Shown in pieces: positions 26,977-41,704 of a DNA stretch of 64,000 nucleotides. Each line of letters starts with the position of its first letter. Within the stretch, counting starts at the first letter, position 1. Made by a program: the position numbers and the translations under genes. The notes below the pieces were generated by a model, which did not search any database, was not told the origin of the DNA, and saw only the letters and a list, made by a program, of their open reading frames with translations. This stretch comes from Octopus sinensis (Eukaryota). The DNA lies in contig NC_043015.1 of NCBI RefSeq assembly GCF_006345805.1, forward strand, positions 4,898,001 to 4,962,000, written 5' to 3'.

Positions 26977-27007
<31 letters not shown>

Positions 27008-27132
27008 CATCAGCAGCAGTAGTAGTAGTAAGAGTAGTAACAGTAGTAGTAGTAGTAGTGGTATTTAATAAGTAGTATAAAAATATTACTCCTCAGTAAC
27101 AAAGGTGTTCATAGTGACTTTGATCTTTCTTA

Positions 27133-27529
27133 GTCCTTTACTGCCCATAACGGGACACACACAGAGGGGACAAACAAGGACATATATATCGACCCCAGTG
27201 CGTAACTGTTACTTATTTAATCGACACCGAAATGATGAAAAGCTAAGTCGACATCGGCGGAATTTGAACTCAGAACGTAGTGGCAGACGAAATACCTATT
27301 TCTTTACTACCCACAATGGTCTAAATAGAGAAGGGACGAACAAGGACAGACAAAGGGGTTAAGTCTATTATATCGCGACCGTTGCGTAAGTGGTACTTAT
27401 TTAATCGACCCCGAAAGGATGAAAGGCAAAGTCGACTTCGGCGGAAATTGAACTCAGAACGTAACGGCAGACGAAATACCGCTAAGTATTTCGCCCCGGC
27501 CTGCTAACGTTTCGGCCAGCTACGCCGAC
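27133..27529 (-). mobile_element. SINE S1 with body and tail repeated in tandem
   Basis: Full head at about 27529, body, tail ending GTGGGTAGTAAAGAAATA, then a headless second body (27300-27190) and second tail to about 27133. Confidence 0.85.
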
Positions 27530-28015
27530 TTCGATCTTTTTACCCACTCAGAGCGTACGATGAAGGCTCTGCACACTGAAACTCCAGTTTACTGTCAACA
27601 TATCTGACTGCTAAACATTAATAAATATATACATAGGTATGTACGAATACATGTCTATAAATGTTACACAAGCTTCGAAAAGTGACATATATTTTAATTT
27701 CGTAGTAGAGAAAAAGTTGCACAATATATATTTCCTGCGATTTTCAGAGAGGAACTAATGAAGCATGACATGCTGCTCACGTTTTTATTCGCAGGAAAAG
27801 TGGGTGTTGCTCACTGTTTTTAGATATATTCAGATCACGTATGAAAAATTTAGCTATTCAGAGATTGTAATTCATATTTCTGTAAATTCTCATCTCTTTT
27901 CGATTTTTATATTTCAATTCATTTATACAATTTATCTTGCATATTTATTTTTATGATGGCGTTAAGGAGTCTAAAATATTTCGCAGTGAAATGTATATAT
28001 AGGCGTCCAGCAATG

Positions 28016-28084
<69 letters not shown>

Positions 28085-28290
28085 GTATATATGTATATAT
28101 ACAACATATATGCATGTGTGTTTGCGTGTGTGTATCAACATACGTGTGTGTGTATCTATGTGTGTGAATGTATGTATTACGTATAATTACTACGTATATA
28201 TATTATATAACTATAGATATGTGATTGTCTATCTATATATGAGCGCGTGCGTGTATTGTATGTATCGTGTATAAATATATAAATATATAT

Positions 28291-28334
<44 letters not shown>

Positions 28335-30320
28335 TATATGTGTGTGTGTGTGTGTGTGTTTGTGTGTATACGTATATGCGTGTTCTGTTTCTATCTCTGT
28401 GTCCTTGCGTTTGGTGTGTGGGTATTTCGTCGGCAAATATATAGTTTGACTCACAACTCTGTATATTTTCCGCATATAGATATATATCGTTCATCACCCC
28501 CCCCCCAGTATAGCTTCTGGAGGCGTTTCTCTTTTTGGTTATGACGTTTCTCTCACTAAAATGTATTATTTCTAAAAAAGAAAAAAATATAAGCTGCAAT
28601 GCGACGAAGACGAACTATGGCAATGATGCAGATGCTACTGGTGGAGTTAGAGGGTGCATCTTTCTCTCAAGTCATGCACATTTTAGATCATAGCACTACT
28701 TATGTATGCACACTATCATTTTCTAGCTAGAAGGAATAGAATATATATCTAATGGACGTATTGATGTTGTATCATCATATTCATATTCATATTGTGTCAG
28801 AAAGTATATGTAGAAGGAAACCTGTGTAATTCTATAGTGTATATGATATATTTATCTCATAAATGTTATATCGCTATTAGTTATACTCATCCAGAAATTT
28901 CTACGACACTAAAATGGATACTTCTATTCTACAGTACGTGATTATAATGTGGAAGACTTATTTTCTGTAAAGCATACGATTTGATTTTATCCCGTAGGAA
29001 AATGCTGATGAAGCTGTAGTATAATCAAATTAATTTTGCCGACAGATAGCATTTATTTCCTCACCTTAAGCAAAATATAAAGAGAACTGCAGTATCCACA
29101 GTGTTCTCCTTTTAATGAGAGTAAGCAATGATATAATGTAAATTATTTTATTTCTTCGACTCTTGATTTTCTAATGTTTATCACGTATGCGATATTAATG
29201 GTTTTAATTGATTTATGGTAATATAAATGAAGTATTATGGCAATAGAGATGATTTAATCATCAGTGTATAAGATAACCAGGTATAAAACTTGTACTTTGA
29301 AACATCTATTGCTCATTCTTCTATGTAAAGCAGAATCTACCTTAAAACTTCCTAATCAGTGGTGTTAAGTTAACCCTAAATATTCCCCGTTTAATTCAAA
29401 TATTGTCGAGAGTTTAAGTGTAGTATTACCGAATTCGGACATGATGGTAAGTTTATAATATATACCCCAATGCCTTAACAACTCCAGTCATCCAATCCAA
29501 GATTCGAGTACGTATCTGAAGATATATAGTTTGATATAGTGTTTGACTGTAATGTGTGTTGAATATTTCCTTTAATATCGACGCGTCAGTTTTACTGAAT
29601 CTTTGTGGATGGTTTTTAAGTTCATAGTCCGGTTTGCCATTAGCGGCTCCTCAAAGGAATGTAAAATCAGCTTTTGATTGTCAGGTAACGAACTGATGGA
29701 GGATTAAGCAATAATGAGAAGTGATTGAAGAATTTTCGCAAATCCAAAAGCCCCTACAGCAACAACATGAATTTAATAACCATACACGGTACAGGGAATC
29801 TTTGAGGTACGTCTAAACATAAATTCATGGATACAGCTGTACACATCTTCCAAATAACTTAACAAACAATCCACCCATACCTTCATACATACATGCGTAA
29901 GTATAAGCAAGACATCATGATAACATAGCCACAGATATTCACAAACTCACATCCACACAGATACATATACACTCATATATATATTTCTGTAAAACCTTAG
30001 GTATCGACTTGTTGAGCATTCACAGTTATTTGATATAACAACTTATACGTTAGTTTCAATTTTACAATATGACAATATTTGTACTTTGAATACTGTAGTT
30101 TATCTGTTGAACGATAAAGTAATTTTTTTATGAATTTACGACTAAAATAATTTAGACGTTTTATGAAGACCTAGAAAAATCATTTTGATCCTAACGCATA
30201 TATCTTATCTTTAAACTGTCAAAACACAAATATAGTTAATACTTTTTGACATGTCTTAACAATTTCATCAACACACCTACACAAACATTTAAATACAACT
30301 ATATCTTTATAAATTCATAT

Positions 30321-30410
30321 CTCTTTTACTCTTTTACTTGTTTCAGTCATTTGACTGCGGCCATGGTGGAGCACCATCTTCAGACGAGCAAATCGACCCC
30401 AGACTTATTC
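30321..30410 (-). mobile_element. 3' tail fragment of CORE-like SINE (family S2)
   Basis: Reverse complement of GGTGCTCCACCATGGCCGCAGTCAAATGACTGAAACAAGTAAAAGAGTAAAAGAG. Confidence 0.85.
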
Positions 30411-30445
30411 GTTGTAATTCTAGTAGTCATATGTATATATATATA

Positions 30446-30670
30446 CTTTATAATAGGGTTCATCAACGATTTGCTTTACCACATACCGAAGTTTAGAAAT
30501 AGCAGCCAAAGAACCTTAGCTATTCCATCTACTTTAAAAAGAGTTTTCGAGTAATTTGTTTTTTCTGAGAGTCTCTTTTTAAAGAAGAGGAAATAGCTGA
30601 AGTTATTTGGCTGCTATTTCTGAACTCCGGTATGTGGTAAAGCAAATCTTTGCTGAACCCTATTATAAGG
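30446..30670. repeat. Fold-back inverted repeat, 98-bp arms, about 29-bp spacer
   Basis: 30446-30543 versus 30573-30670, about 11 mismatches by eye; TA on both outer sides. Confidence 0.9.
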
Positions 30671-30790
30671 TATTACTTTAGTTTACCGTGAACTGGTCCT
30701 TTTTCATGCCGAATTCTACTTTGGGAAATTATTGAATACTGGTTAATTAATTAATTTTACACTTTGTTATTAATGATTATATATATATAT

Positions 30791-31002
30791 AAAGGAAATG
30801 AAGAAAATGTTGACAAAATAATTTATGTAATTTAAGTAATTTGATTAGGTGAAAGTTCTTTTTACCGGTTGCGCATTTGTTATGCTTATCAAAACATCTT
30901 TTGATAAGCATAACACATGCGCAACCGGTAAAAAGAACTTTCACCTAATTAAATTACTTAAATTACTTAAATTATTTTGTCAGCATTTTCTTCATATCCT
31001 TT
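30791..31002. repeat. Palindrome, 104-bp arms, 4-nt loop (CATC)
   Basis: 30791-30894 versus 30899-31002, 5 mismatches; AT-rich/(TA)n flanks. Confidence 0.95.
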
Positions 31003-31062
31003 TTTATATATCACAACTCGTGTTCCACATCTTCTTTTATATATATATATAATATATATATA

Positions 31063-31103
<41 letters not shown>

Positions 31104-32078
31104 TTATTTATTTATGTATCCATGTATATACGTATGGATGTAGCTAATTATGCATGCATGCATTTTGTTCTCTTTTGTTTGAAATTTAAAATAAATTATA
31201 ACAGGTCGCCTACTTAGTAGCAGGATTGTGAAGGAAAGCATAGTTTTGTTCATCATAAGAAACTCTTACGGAATTTTACAGTCACATATATAGTGATAAT
31301 TTTCAGTGCACGAATTAAGGATTTTGCCTTCTCTCCTCAAGAGCACAAGTTCAATAATATTTTGTCCTTGGTATGTATTCTGTTGCTCCGGTAATAACAA
31401 TTCTAAAGATTAAAGTTCATCATGGCTACTGGATTTGAAAATTCCTTACCAATGACCATAAATATCACCTTTCTCTTGTATCTTCCTGAAAACATTTTCG
31501 GGAACAGCTGATTTTCATTATGGTCCACACAGCTGTATCTGATAGTTCCTTTTTTCTTTTAAGTTCTTCGCTGTATTGAAGTATGTGTATATGTGTATAT
31601 GTTTCTATGTACGTAGGGATTAAGAAAGGAATGGAGGAAAGGATAGATGGAGGGTTGGTTGGATGGATGGATGGATGTGTGCATGCATGCATGTAAGAAT
31701 GAATGGATTGATATATGCATGAAACATGGCTTTTGGATTTTTGAGTGAAATCAATTAAACAGAATTTCATATGAGGAATACCTTTCTATTCAAATGCACC
31801 TGCAATTCGATTGCAATATATATTCAAACTTCATTGACTAGAAAAATATGATGCAGATGATGTCTGGTGATTGCCCAGTCATTTACTACGTATTTAATGT
31901 TTGAACAATGAAATCCTTTCGTGAAAATAAAATCGAATCAGATAAATTCTTTTACATACACAAATATGAATGTATCTATGTATGTATGTGTATGCATATG
32001 TTTATATATATCTGCATGTATGTGTGTGAGTAATAATAATTATAGACATGCATATACCTACGTTTGTATGTATGTATG

Positions 32079-32131
<53 letters not shown>

Positions 32132-32569
32132 ATATATATGTATATATATATATGCATATGAGTCTATATACTGACGTCATGACTTTAATTGCAAAGACAC
32201 CTCAAGGGAATTAGATATGAATATCACCCGATATTGCCACATTGCTGTGGCTGCCATGATTATTACATAAGAGAGCGTTAACAAAAAAAATATCGTAATG
32301 TATTTCACCACCACTAACATAAGCAACAACATTAAACAATATTAACGCTCATTGTATTTCAGACACAAGAAATGATGAAAGACTGGTTCAAAACCTCATA
32401 CCCAATAATTTCACGAAGTCTTTTGTAGAAGCGAGTTTAACTATGCATATCAATCCCAAACAAAACTACCTGGTCAATAAGTATATTTTATACGTGTTAG
32501 TTTTTTATTAAATTTTCTCTATACTATTGATTTTGAATATATAATATACATAAATTCATACCTATACAT

Positions 32570-32864
<295 letters not shown>

Positions 32865-33728
32865 CATTGTCTCCCATGAAGAAAAACTACTGCATATACA
32901 TTAAACAATTCAATTATGTATCTACACCACCTTCCGTACTGAAAGGGAAATGTACATGTTACATGAAATATAATAAGACAAAAAACACAATGATATTAAT
33001 ATTAATAACAAAAATCAATAATAATAATGGCATTAATTATAACATTATTCATAATAATAATAGTAATCTACGCTATTTAGTTTGTCACAGTTTATATAGG
33101 CGTGTATGTGAGTGTGATTGTGTGGCGGTTACATTGCTGCTGTATGCATCGACATATACATGTATATATACATATGTATGTATGTATGTATATATGTACG
33201 TATATATTCTATATGTATACGTAAACCTATATATATTCATACATACACATTTATGTGTGTGTGTGTGTGTGTGTAAAATAGTTTGTAAGCCAAACCGATA
33301 TTTTATTATAACTTCGATTTCAATGTATTAATTATGAACAATTTATTTTCAAACTTGGCTGTGTTTTTCAAGCTATTATACGTCCATCAATTTTTTCTTT
33401 GTTCGTTAGGTTTGTATTTTACTTTGATTCCAATTTTTGGCTACATTAGATATGAAAGAATTATAGATTTGCGATATGTGTGAAGCACAGAGATTTTCAA
33501 TGATCAAAAGGCAAATTTGCCAGCATTTCGTTTTCTTTTAACCTGATGAATAGACGCTACACAAAACAAACCGAAAAGTCTAAAGTTCCCAGGGATAATT
33601 TAATAAAGGGTGGGGGTAAATACAAAAGAGAACAAAAAATGCTAAAAGGGTATAAAAATACAAAATAATTCCATATAAACAAAGTGTTATTTGACCTTCA
33701 GCTCTTAAAATGGATTTTAAAGTTTTAT

Positions 33729-33774
<46 letters not shown>

Positions 33775-35807
33775 CATACGTATATACTTTTATTATGCAT
33801 ATATATATGAATTCATTTATATATATATATGTATATAGGCATATATTTGCATATATGTATGTACGTAAAATTAACTCACTCTTATATAGGGGCTTACATA
33901 CACACAGACAGAGAAACTTTGCGAGGAGCGTTGCAGTGAGAGGGAAATTGAAGCCAAACGACGAAGTGTTTTCAATAGGCCGATTCAATGATTACAAGCT
34001 GAAATTATATTAGATTTGTTTTAATAATTTTCAGTTGTTCCATTTCACATTTCTTTAATGTAACTGCAAATTTAAACAATTTTTTTCAGTATATATTTTC
34101 TGAAATTTACCAAGCTACTTATATCTGGAAGCTGATTAATCAATTGAATAATATGTATATCTGCGCAAATTATAATGTTGAAATCTAGACACTGATATTG
34201 TCTCACATCAGCATGTTCCGCTCTATTATTATATCTGCGATTATCTATCTTTTAGAATGATTCATACTTTATGTCATCATTTAGACAAAGAAAATATGGC
34301 ATCTGGATTATTTATTACATAATATCATACTGCATGTTATTGAAAGAAAAAAATATGAGTGAATGTTACCTCGTGTGGTGCCTTTGTCTTTCAAGAAAAA
34401 TACAATGGTGATAGTGAACAATACCACACAACTATTATTGTTAGAGTGATGACTCGGACGAATAAGATCAAATACAAAGAAATAAGATCAAATACAGAAC
34501 AGATATTGCAAGCAACAAGCTTGCAGAAAAGGAAAAACACAATATTTCCTTTGCCTCTAGCCAATCACACCGATCGCTATCATCCTCAACATTTCCTTAG
34601 CAATTTTGGTTTGCTGCACTACTTTTAGAGATGATACGTAGGCCGCATTATATTGCCAAATACAGAGCTAGGACATGACATACTCTAGAAAATAACATCA
34701 TTATACGATTCATTTGGATCATGCTGGCCATGACGAGTCATTTGCTCATTCATGGAAAATTTTACTGTATATATTCTTGCGCCACAGGCCAGATAGTGAA
34801 CTCCTGTTATTCCTTAATAGTAATTAGGCACACAAACAGCAATTTCAAGATGGGGTTTGACGCAACCATCAAATCCATACTTAAGCGGTTCTATAATTTA
34901 ACGAAGCAAGAGAAGTGTCAATAGGTCAAAAGGTAACCAAGAATATCACTACACTTGTTACATTTTGAAATGCTGATCAAACTTCTAAATCATTGCCTTT
35001 ATTGATACGAGTAATTTTGTTTTTATTTTAATTAGAATATTTTTCGCTATATTTTTTTATATTTCTTTTAACTACTCTTTCGAAGTTTCTGCAATATATA
35101 TCTGCTATTTCCTCAATTATTTTTCTATCTCTATTGACGTTATAGCTATCTGCTCCTCATTGACCATTCCTATAAAGCAGTACCCCTGCGGTCATTTCTG
35201 TCAAATATCATGGTTTTTTCATTGTTTTATTTATTTATAACTCCTTCAAGTACTACCAGCTTTAACTGTCTGTTCTCCCAAATTCCATTCTTATGCTATT
35301 GCTATTTAAACATTATAACAGCCTCTTAACCCACTTCCTTCACTCATATATAAAACAAAACTCATCACTGTTCCTCTTTTGTCCTCTTGTCCTCTTCCTA
35401 TTCATTCTCCCTTTTTCTTCTTTCTTCACTTTGTTCTCGTTTCGATTTTCCATTAATCCTAATATTTTCTCTCGGCCACCACAGAAAACATTTGTATAGA
35501 TGTGTTAATCCCATTATTTTTCAGCCATCATTTACATGCAATTATTGTACACCAAAGGCTACAACTCGGAGTACCATGAGATTGACTCGAACCAAATAAA
35601 ATAGTAACATCAAAATTAATGGAAAGCAGCGAACTGGTAGAATCACTTCGTCTGTCTTTATGTTCTGCCACCTGCCACCTAGTCTGACTTTGCCTTCCAT
35701 CGAAAACTGGAGTCTGTCTAATTGAGCTCCCCTGAAGATACTGGCCGTGTGCAGAAATTTGAAACCGATATTAAAATTCATATATGGTGTACACGCACAT
35801 ATGTATA

Positions 35808-35965
35808 AATGTTGGTTGTGTGGTAAGGAACTTCATTCTTAACGACATGTGTTTTGGTTCAGTCTCACTGCGTGCCACCTTGCACAAGAGACTTCTACTA
35901 TAGCTCGAGCTGACGAAAGCGTTGTGAGTAGGCTTGGTAGACGGAAATTGAAGCCCATATATATG
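35808..35965 (+). mobile_element. CORE-like SINE S2, 5' part
   Basis: GTTGTGTGGTAAG...GGTTCAGTCTCACTGCGTGCCACC...CTTCTACTATAGC...GGTAGACGGAAATTGAAG. Confidence 0.75.
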
Positions 35966-38102
35966 CACATATATATATATGCATATGTATATATATGTAT
36001 GTATTTATGTACTTATATGTGTGTGTGTGTATATGTGTGTGTCTTTGTGTACTAGGCGTAAGAAATAGTTTTGTGGTAGATTTTTCAGGTATAGAATTAA
36101 TCGAATTTAGTCATTGCAAGCAAACAATTACGGTACAAATGCAAGGTGGTACCATCACCAACTTTAGAAGCAAATATCATGGATACCATTTTACTCTAAA
36201 TCGGAAAATGTGTGACTAGTACATTGTATCTATAGATGTGAATATATTCGCAATGGAATAATTGTTACACATATTGACATAACATTTATAGCATATCTAC
36301 AGGTGTGATATTTCGAAGGTGATATTAGTCGATTATATGTACTGTGACTACTTTTAAGGGGCTTCGAGATATTGTAAGCGAAGCTGGCTTCCTCGAGGTT
36401 TGAAGTCAGATGGTGAAAGCCGGAAGAAACATATATCCAGTGGAATATACATTTTCAATTCAACCTGTTTTTTTACCTCCGTATGGTTGTATTAACTCGT
36501 ATACCTCTACTATTGATCAGCCTCAACATCTTAAGTGCCGAAATGAAACTACCGCATACAAGAATATCAACGGACTTTATAAGGCTTCATTATGCTATAT
36601 ATCTTTCTACATATATCTTTCTACACCTTGTTACCTCAGACTCTCCCCTGGCAGTATAATTCTATTACGTGAATTCGTTACATGTTAACACAATCCACTT
36701 GCTCAGATATATATGAAACAGCTGTAGAAACATTGCTAATCTAATATAATTGTTCTATGATGTATTTATACTTTATACTTTATGTGGACTCTTTATCTTG
36801 TAGAAATTATACTCATTTCGCTTCTACGTCTTCTATTTCATCTGTGTGTGCATTTTTTTAAGCAAGAAAAACAAGAAAAGCAGACACTATTGAAGGATAA
36901 TATTTCTTTTAAATGTCCTACTTTTTTTATTTCAGAAAAAAGAAGGAAATGTTGATTTATATAAGACCAAATACAAAGAAAATCAAATACTTAACAGAAA
37001 TTGCAAGTATGAATTGCAAGTATGAATTTGATATCAATACAATATTATAAGCTAAACATATACTATTTGACTTTTAGAATTACACTGTTCCCGTATAAAG
37101 TATAAGGAAACCATATACTACTGATATAACTGCATGCATATCAAATAACTATAGTTTGCTGTGATGGATTTTTATCCTGAAAAAGCCTTGCATTATAGGT
37201 TATACATTTTGCAAGCAAAATCTAATTATCAATGAATATGTAAATACTGCAGGCTACACAAAACGTATATATTCAAAGGAAATATGAAGATAGGCATCTA
37301 AACCTATTCTAAAGAAAGGAACCAAATTACACCTACTGACACATCCTGGAAATAACTACCCAAAGGCACAAGTCTAATTATGCACACCTGCATACAATGT
37401 TATACATACATAAATAAATTCTACCCTATAACATAAGCCAAAATTTATTCAATAAAAATTTCTCCAAATGTCTTCTCTATAACAGCATATGCAAAACATC
37501 TAATTACCATTCTGCTCAAAGACAAACTCAAGAAATATTTTAACCCCACAGAAGCTATATAAAGCCAAAATTAACTTCAATTCATCGCAGTTCGACCATG
37601 ACACGTAGGTGGCCGGAATTTCGAAGACTAATCTATTATATAAAATCCATTCTGTCTCTCTGTCTGTGTGTGTTCTAGGATTTCGAGCAACCTCCATGCG
37701 ATTGCGCTCAAATTTGATATGTAGATACCAACGGTATCAGGGCGTGTATATGTTGTGACAAAAATTATAAACATCGATTCCAGGTGAGTATGCGATCGAT
37801 AAAGCCGTTTTCGTCCTGATTTTCTTCCGTCAACCTGTACATAACTGCACCTTCCATTTTTTGCTGTTTTTGTACTGTTTCGTTCCTGGCAACCATTTTT
37901 GTGTCTTCCCATCAACAACCTTATCATTACTGGTTCTTAAAACTATTCGGTTGCATATTTGTGTGAATAAAATCGTTTTTCTTTGGAATAGAAAAAAAAA
38001 TCTATCTTTATTTCTTCTTTTGCTGGTGTCTCAAATTTAGGTTAAATAAGTGTTTCTCAAAGGTGAGGCCTATGGGACGGTCGGACAAGTTGTTTTATGA
38101 AA

Positions 38103-39580
<1,478 letters not shown>

Positions 39581-39584
39581 ACTG

Positions 39585-40097
39585 AACACTTGGTGAAATT
39601 GATTAATTAATTAATTTTACCCTCAATTGTTGAAATTATAATTCATCTCTCTCTATTTAATGCCTCGGATTTTACCGAAAAAAGCATAGTGTTTACTGAT
39701 TTTAACCCACGCTGGTGGAAAGGGGAGAGCAGAAATTCTTCGCTTGCATATTTGAGTTTGCTGGCACTGTTAGTTTCGAGCAGATCTTCAGAAGCGATTA
39801 GAAGCCGAAAGGGTATGCTCCTACTTTCAGTGTTTTCAAATCCAAACCAAGGAGTTCTGAGCTGATGATAGAAGTGTCGTGTTGACTAATCTTGAAACGT
39901 ACGTTCTCAAATAACCTTTGCATTTGATTTTTTAATGTCTTTACCCCCATACTTTCGTGAGTTGAATTGAGCAAACACTATATGAGAGAGGTTTTCTTTA
40001 AGTATTAGAAATAGTTTTTAAAAAGTGTTTTTAGCTGCTATTTCTAATGAGTTCAGTATGCGGCAAAGTAATTTATTTTACTAAGCCCTTTTATATA
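39585..40097 (+). mobile_element. Putative Penelope-like pseudo-LTR or non-autonomous element carrying a hammerhead
   Basis: Non-coding island ending in (TA)n with an intact hammerhead core; its terminal about 36 bp recur at 38828 and 39506, and its last about 100 bp resemble the arms of 30446-30670. PLE identity is inferred from the hammerhead type; no RT or GIY-YIG seen. Confidence 0.55.
39858..39909 (+). ncRNA. Minimal type I hammerhead ribozyme, catalytic core intact
   Basis: Stem I TGAG/CTCA; CTGATGA 39862-39868; stem II AGA..AGT/ACT..TCT (first pair U-U); GAAAC 39894-39898; palindromic stem III AACGTACGTT; GUU triplet 39903-39905. Confidence 0.7.
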
Positions 40098-40183
40098 ATA
40101 TATATATATATAATATATACATATATATAATATATATATATAATTATATATATATATATGTATATATATACATATATATATAT

Positions 40184-40241
<58 letters not shown>

Positions 40242-40246
40242 ATATA

Positions 40247-40282
<36 letters not shown>

Positions 40283-40286
<4 letters not shown>

Positions 40287-40595
40287 CCTTAAATCCTTAA
40301 AAATGTTTTAGCCCGAAGGCCGCGGCCATGCTGGGGCACCACCGCTGAATGAGCTACACTAGTTTGTGAATCCACCTCTGATCCGTGACACTTGATCAAC
40401 AAGGGAGTTCGATGCTGCTGCCCGCATCCGTGTCTCCTGTCGTGAGGTAGGTGCATCTGGGACTCCCAACAAGAAGAGATCCAGTTTAGTTTTAAAGAAA
40501 CCCACATCCACACCATGTAAGTCTCTCAGGCATTTAGGGAGGATGTTAAAGAGCTGTGGTCCTCTGAAACCCAAGCTGTTGCAGTATCTGGACCC
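40283..40595 (-). mobile_element. CR1/L2-like LINE 3' end
   Basis: SLGFRGPQLFNILPKCLRDLHGVDVGFFKTKLDLFLLGVPDAP...RAAASNSLVDQ is typical of CR1-group ORF2 C-termini; short 3' UTR and (TTTAAGGA)2 tail; (TA)n on both sides. Confidence 0.8.
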
Positions 40596-40618
40596 ATATA
40601 TATATATATTATATATAT

Positions 40619-40692
<74 letters not shown>

Positions 40693-41704
40693 TACATATG
40701 AAGATTCTCATGTGTAAGAAGCAGAAACTGTAGTGGTAATTTGAATACTCACTGATAAAGAGAAATCTGCGAATGTTCCGTCTTGGTCTTCCGGCCCCTC
40801 TGTTACGTTTTTGTTCTGTATAGGGGGATTTACATATACATATAACGGCGTATGTACACCTCTTGTTCAGCTTATCAGTAAACATAAATCTAAACTTGGA
40901 ACGACTTCTCTCTTTCTTCTTGTCTTTTTCTAGCTCCCCCTCTCTCACTTTCTCGTCAGTCTCTTTCTTTCCACATTTCATTTTCTCGTTCCCCCTCTCA
41001 CATTTCTTGGCATTCCTTTCTTTCATCTCTCTATTTTCCTCTGTTATCAATCTTGTAACTTTTCCTCTGGCCCTCCCCCTCTCTCGCCCTAGTTCCGTCC
41101 TTAATTCTTCAATCCCTCTTCTCGCTACCTCTCCCTCTTCCTCCCACGTGATTGGTACTCGGCCAAGCACGATCATTCTTTCTTGGCCTGATCACCGCTC
41201 GCTCAACACCTTAATTTCCTGTCTCGTGACTCTAATCTATGTTGTTGCCGTAAAACTTCCACTTCACACGCAAGCTTAACTTCACTTATCCTTTTAGTCG
41301 AAAGACAACTGTTGTTATTTTTGTTGTTTGTATTTGTAATGGTGTAACATTTTCTCCGTTTTCTCGTTTTTTTCCGTCAGCTTTCTCTCACATATTCGCC
41401 CGCTTTCTTCCAAACATTTAAAGCTCTTAGCTTAGATTTTTGGGGCCTAACAATCTTGTAGCAGTACAATAACATAAAATGTCACCGTACAGTTTTGTCT
41501 TGTGTTTTTTAAAGGCAGATTATGAAATAATTATAGATTGACACCAACACACGGAAACATTTTCGGAAAATTAGTTTTCCCTTTGAGTACAGATTATGAT
41601 AATGTCAATACTATGATACAATTCCTCTAGTTGCATCTCATAAATCTAACTGCCTTGCAATTATAAAGACAAAATAATAATTCTTAGAGGCCTATAACAC
41701 TTAC

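Noticed and set aside
29480-29790. 62-codon open minus-strand frame GAANGKPDYELK...GVVKALG
   Set aside because: No convincing acceptor and no recognisable homology; within chance expectation for 64 kb.
37500-37930. Possible Tc1-like N-terminal fragment (RKSGRKR, MEVAR...WILYNRL)
   Set aside because: Only weak motif resemblance; no catalytic residues or TIRs.
39765-39795. CTGAAGA..GAAAC on the minus strand near the real hammerhead
   Set aside because: No stem II after the core and no NUH or stem I.
40526-41176. 216-aa minus-strand ORF
   Set aside because: Concatenation of a purine-rich low-complexity tract, (AT)n and out-of-context LINE sequence.
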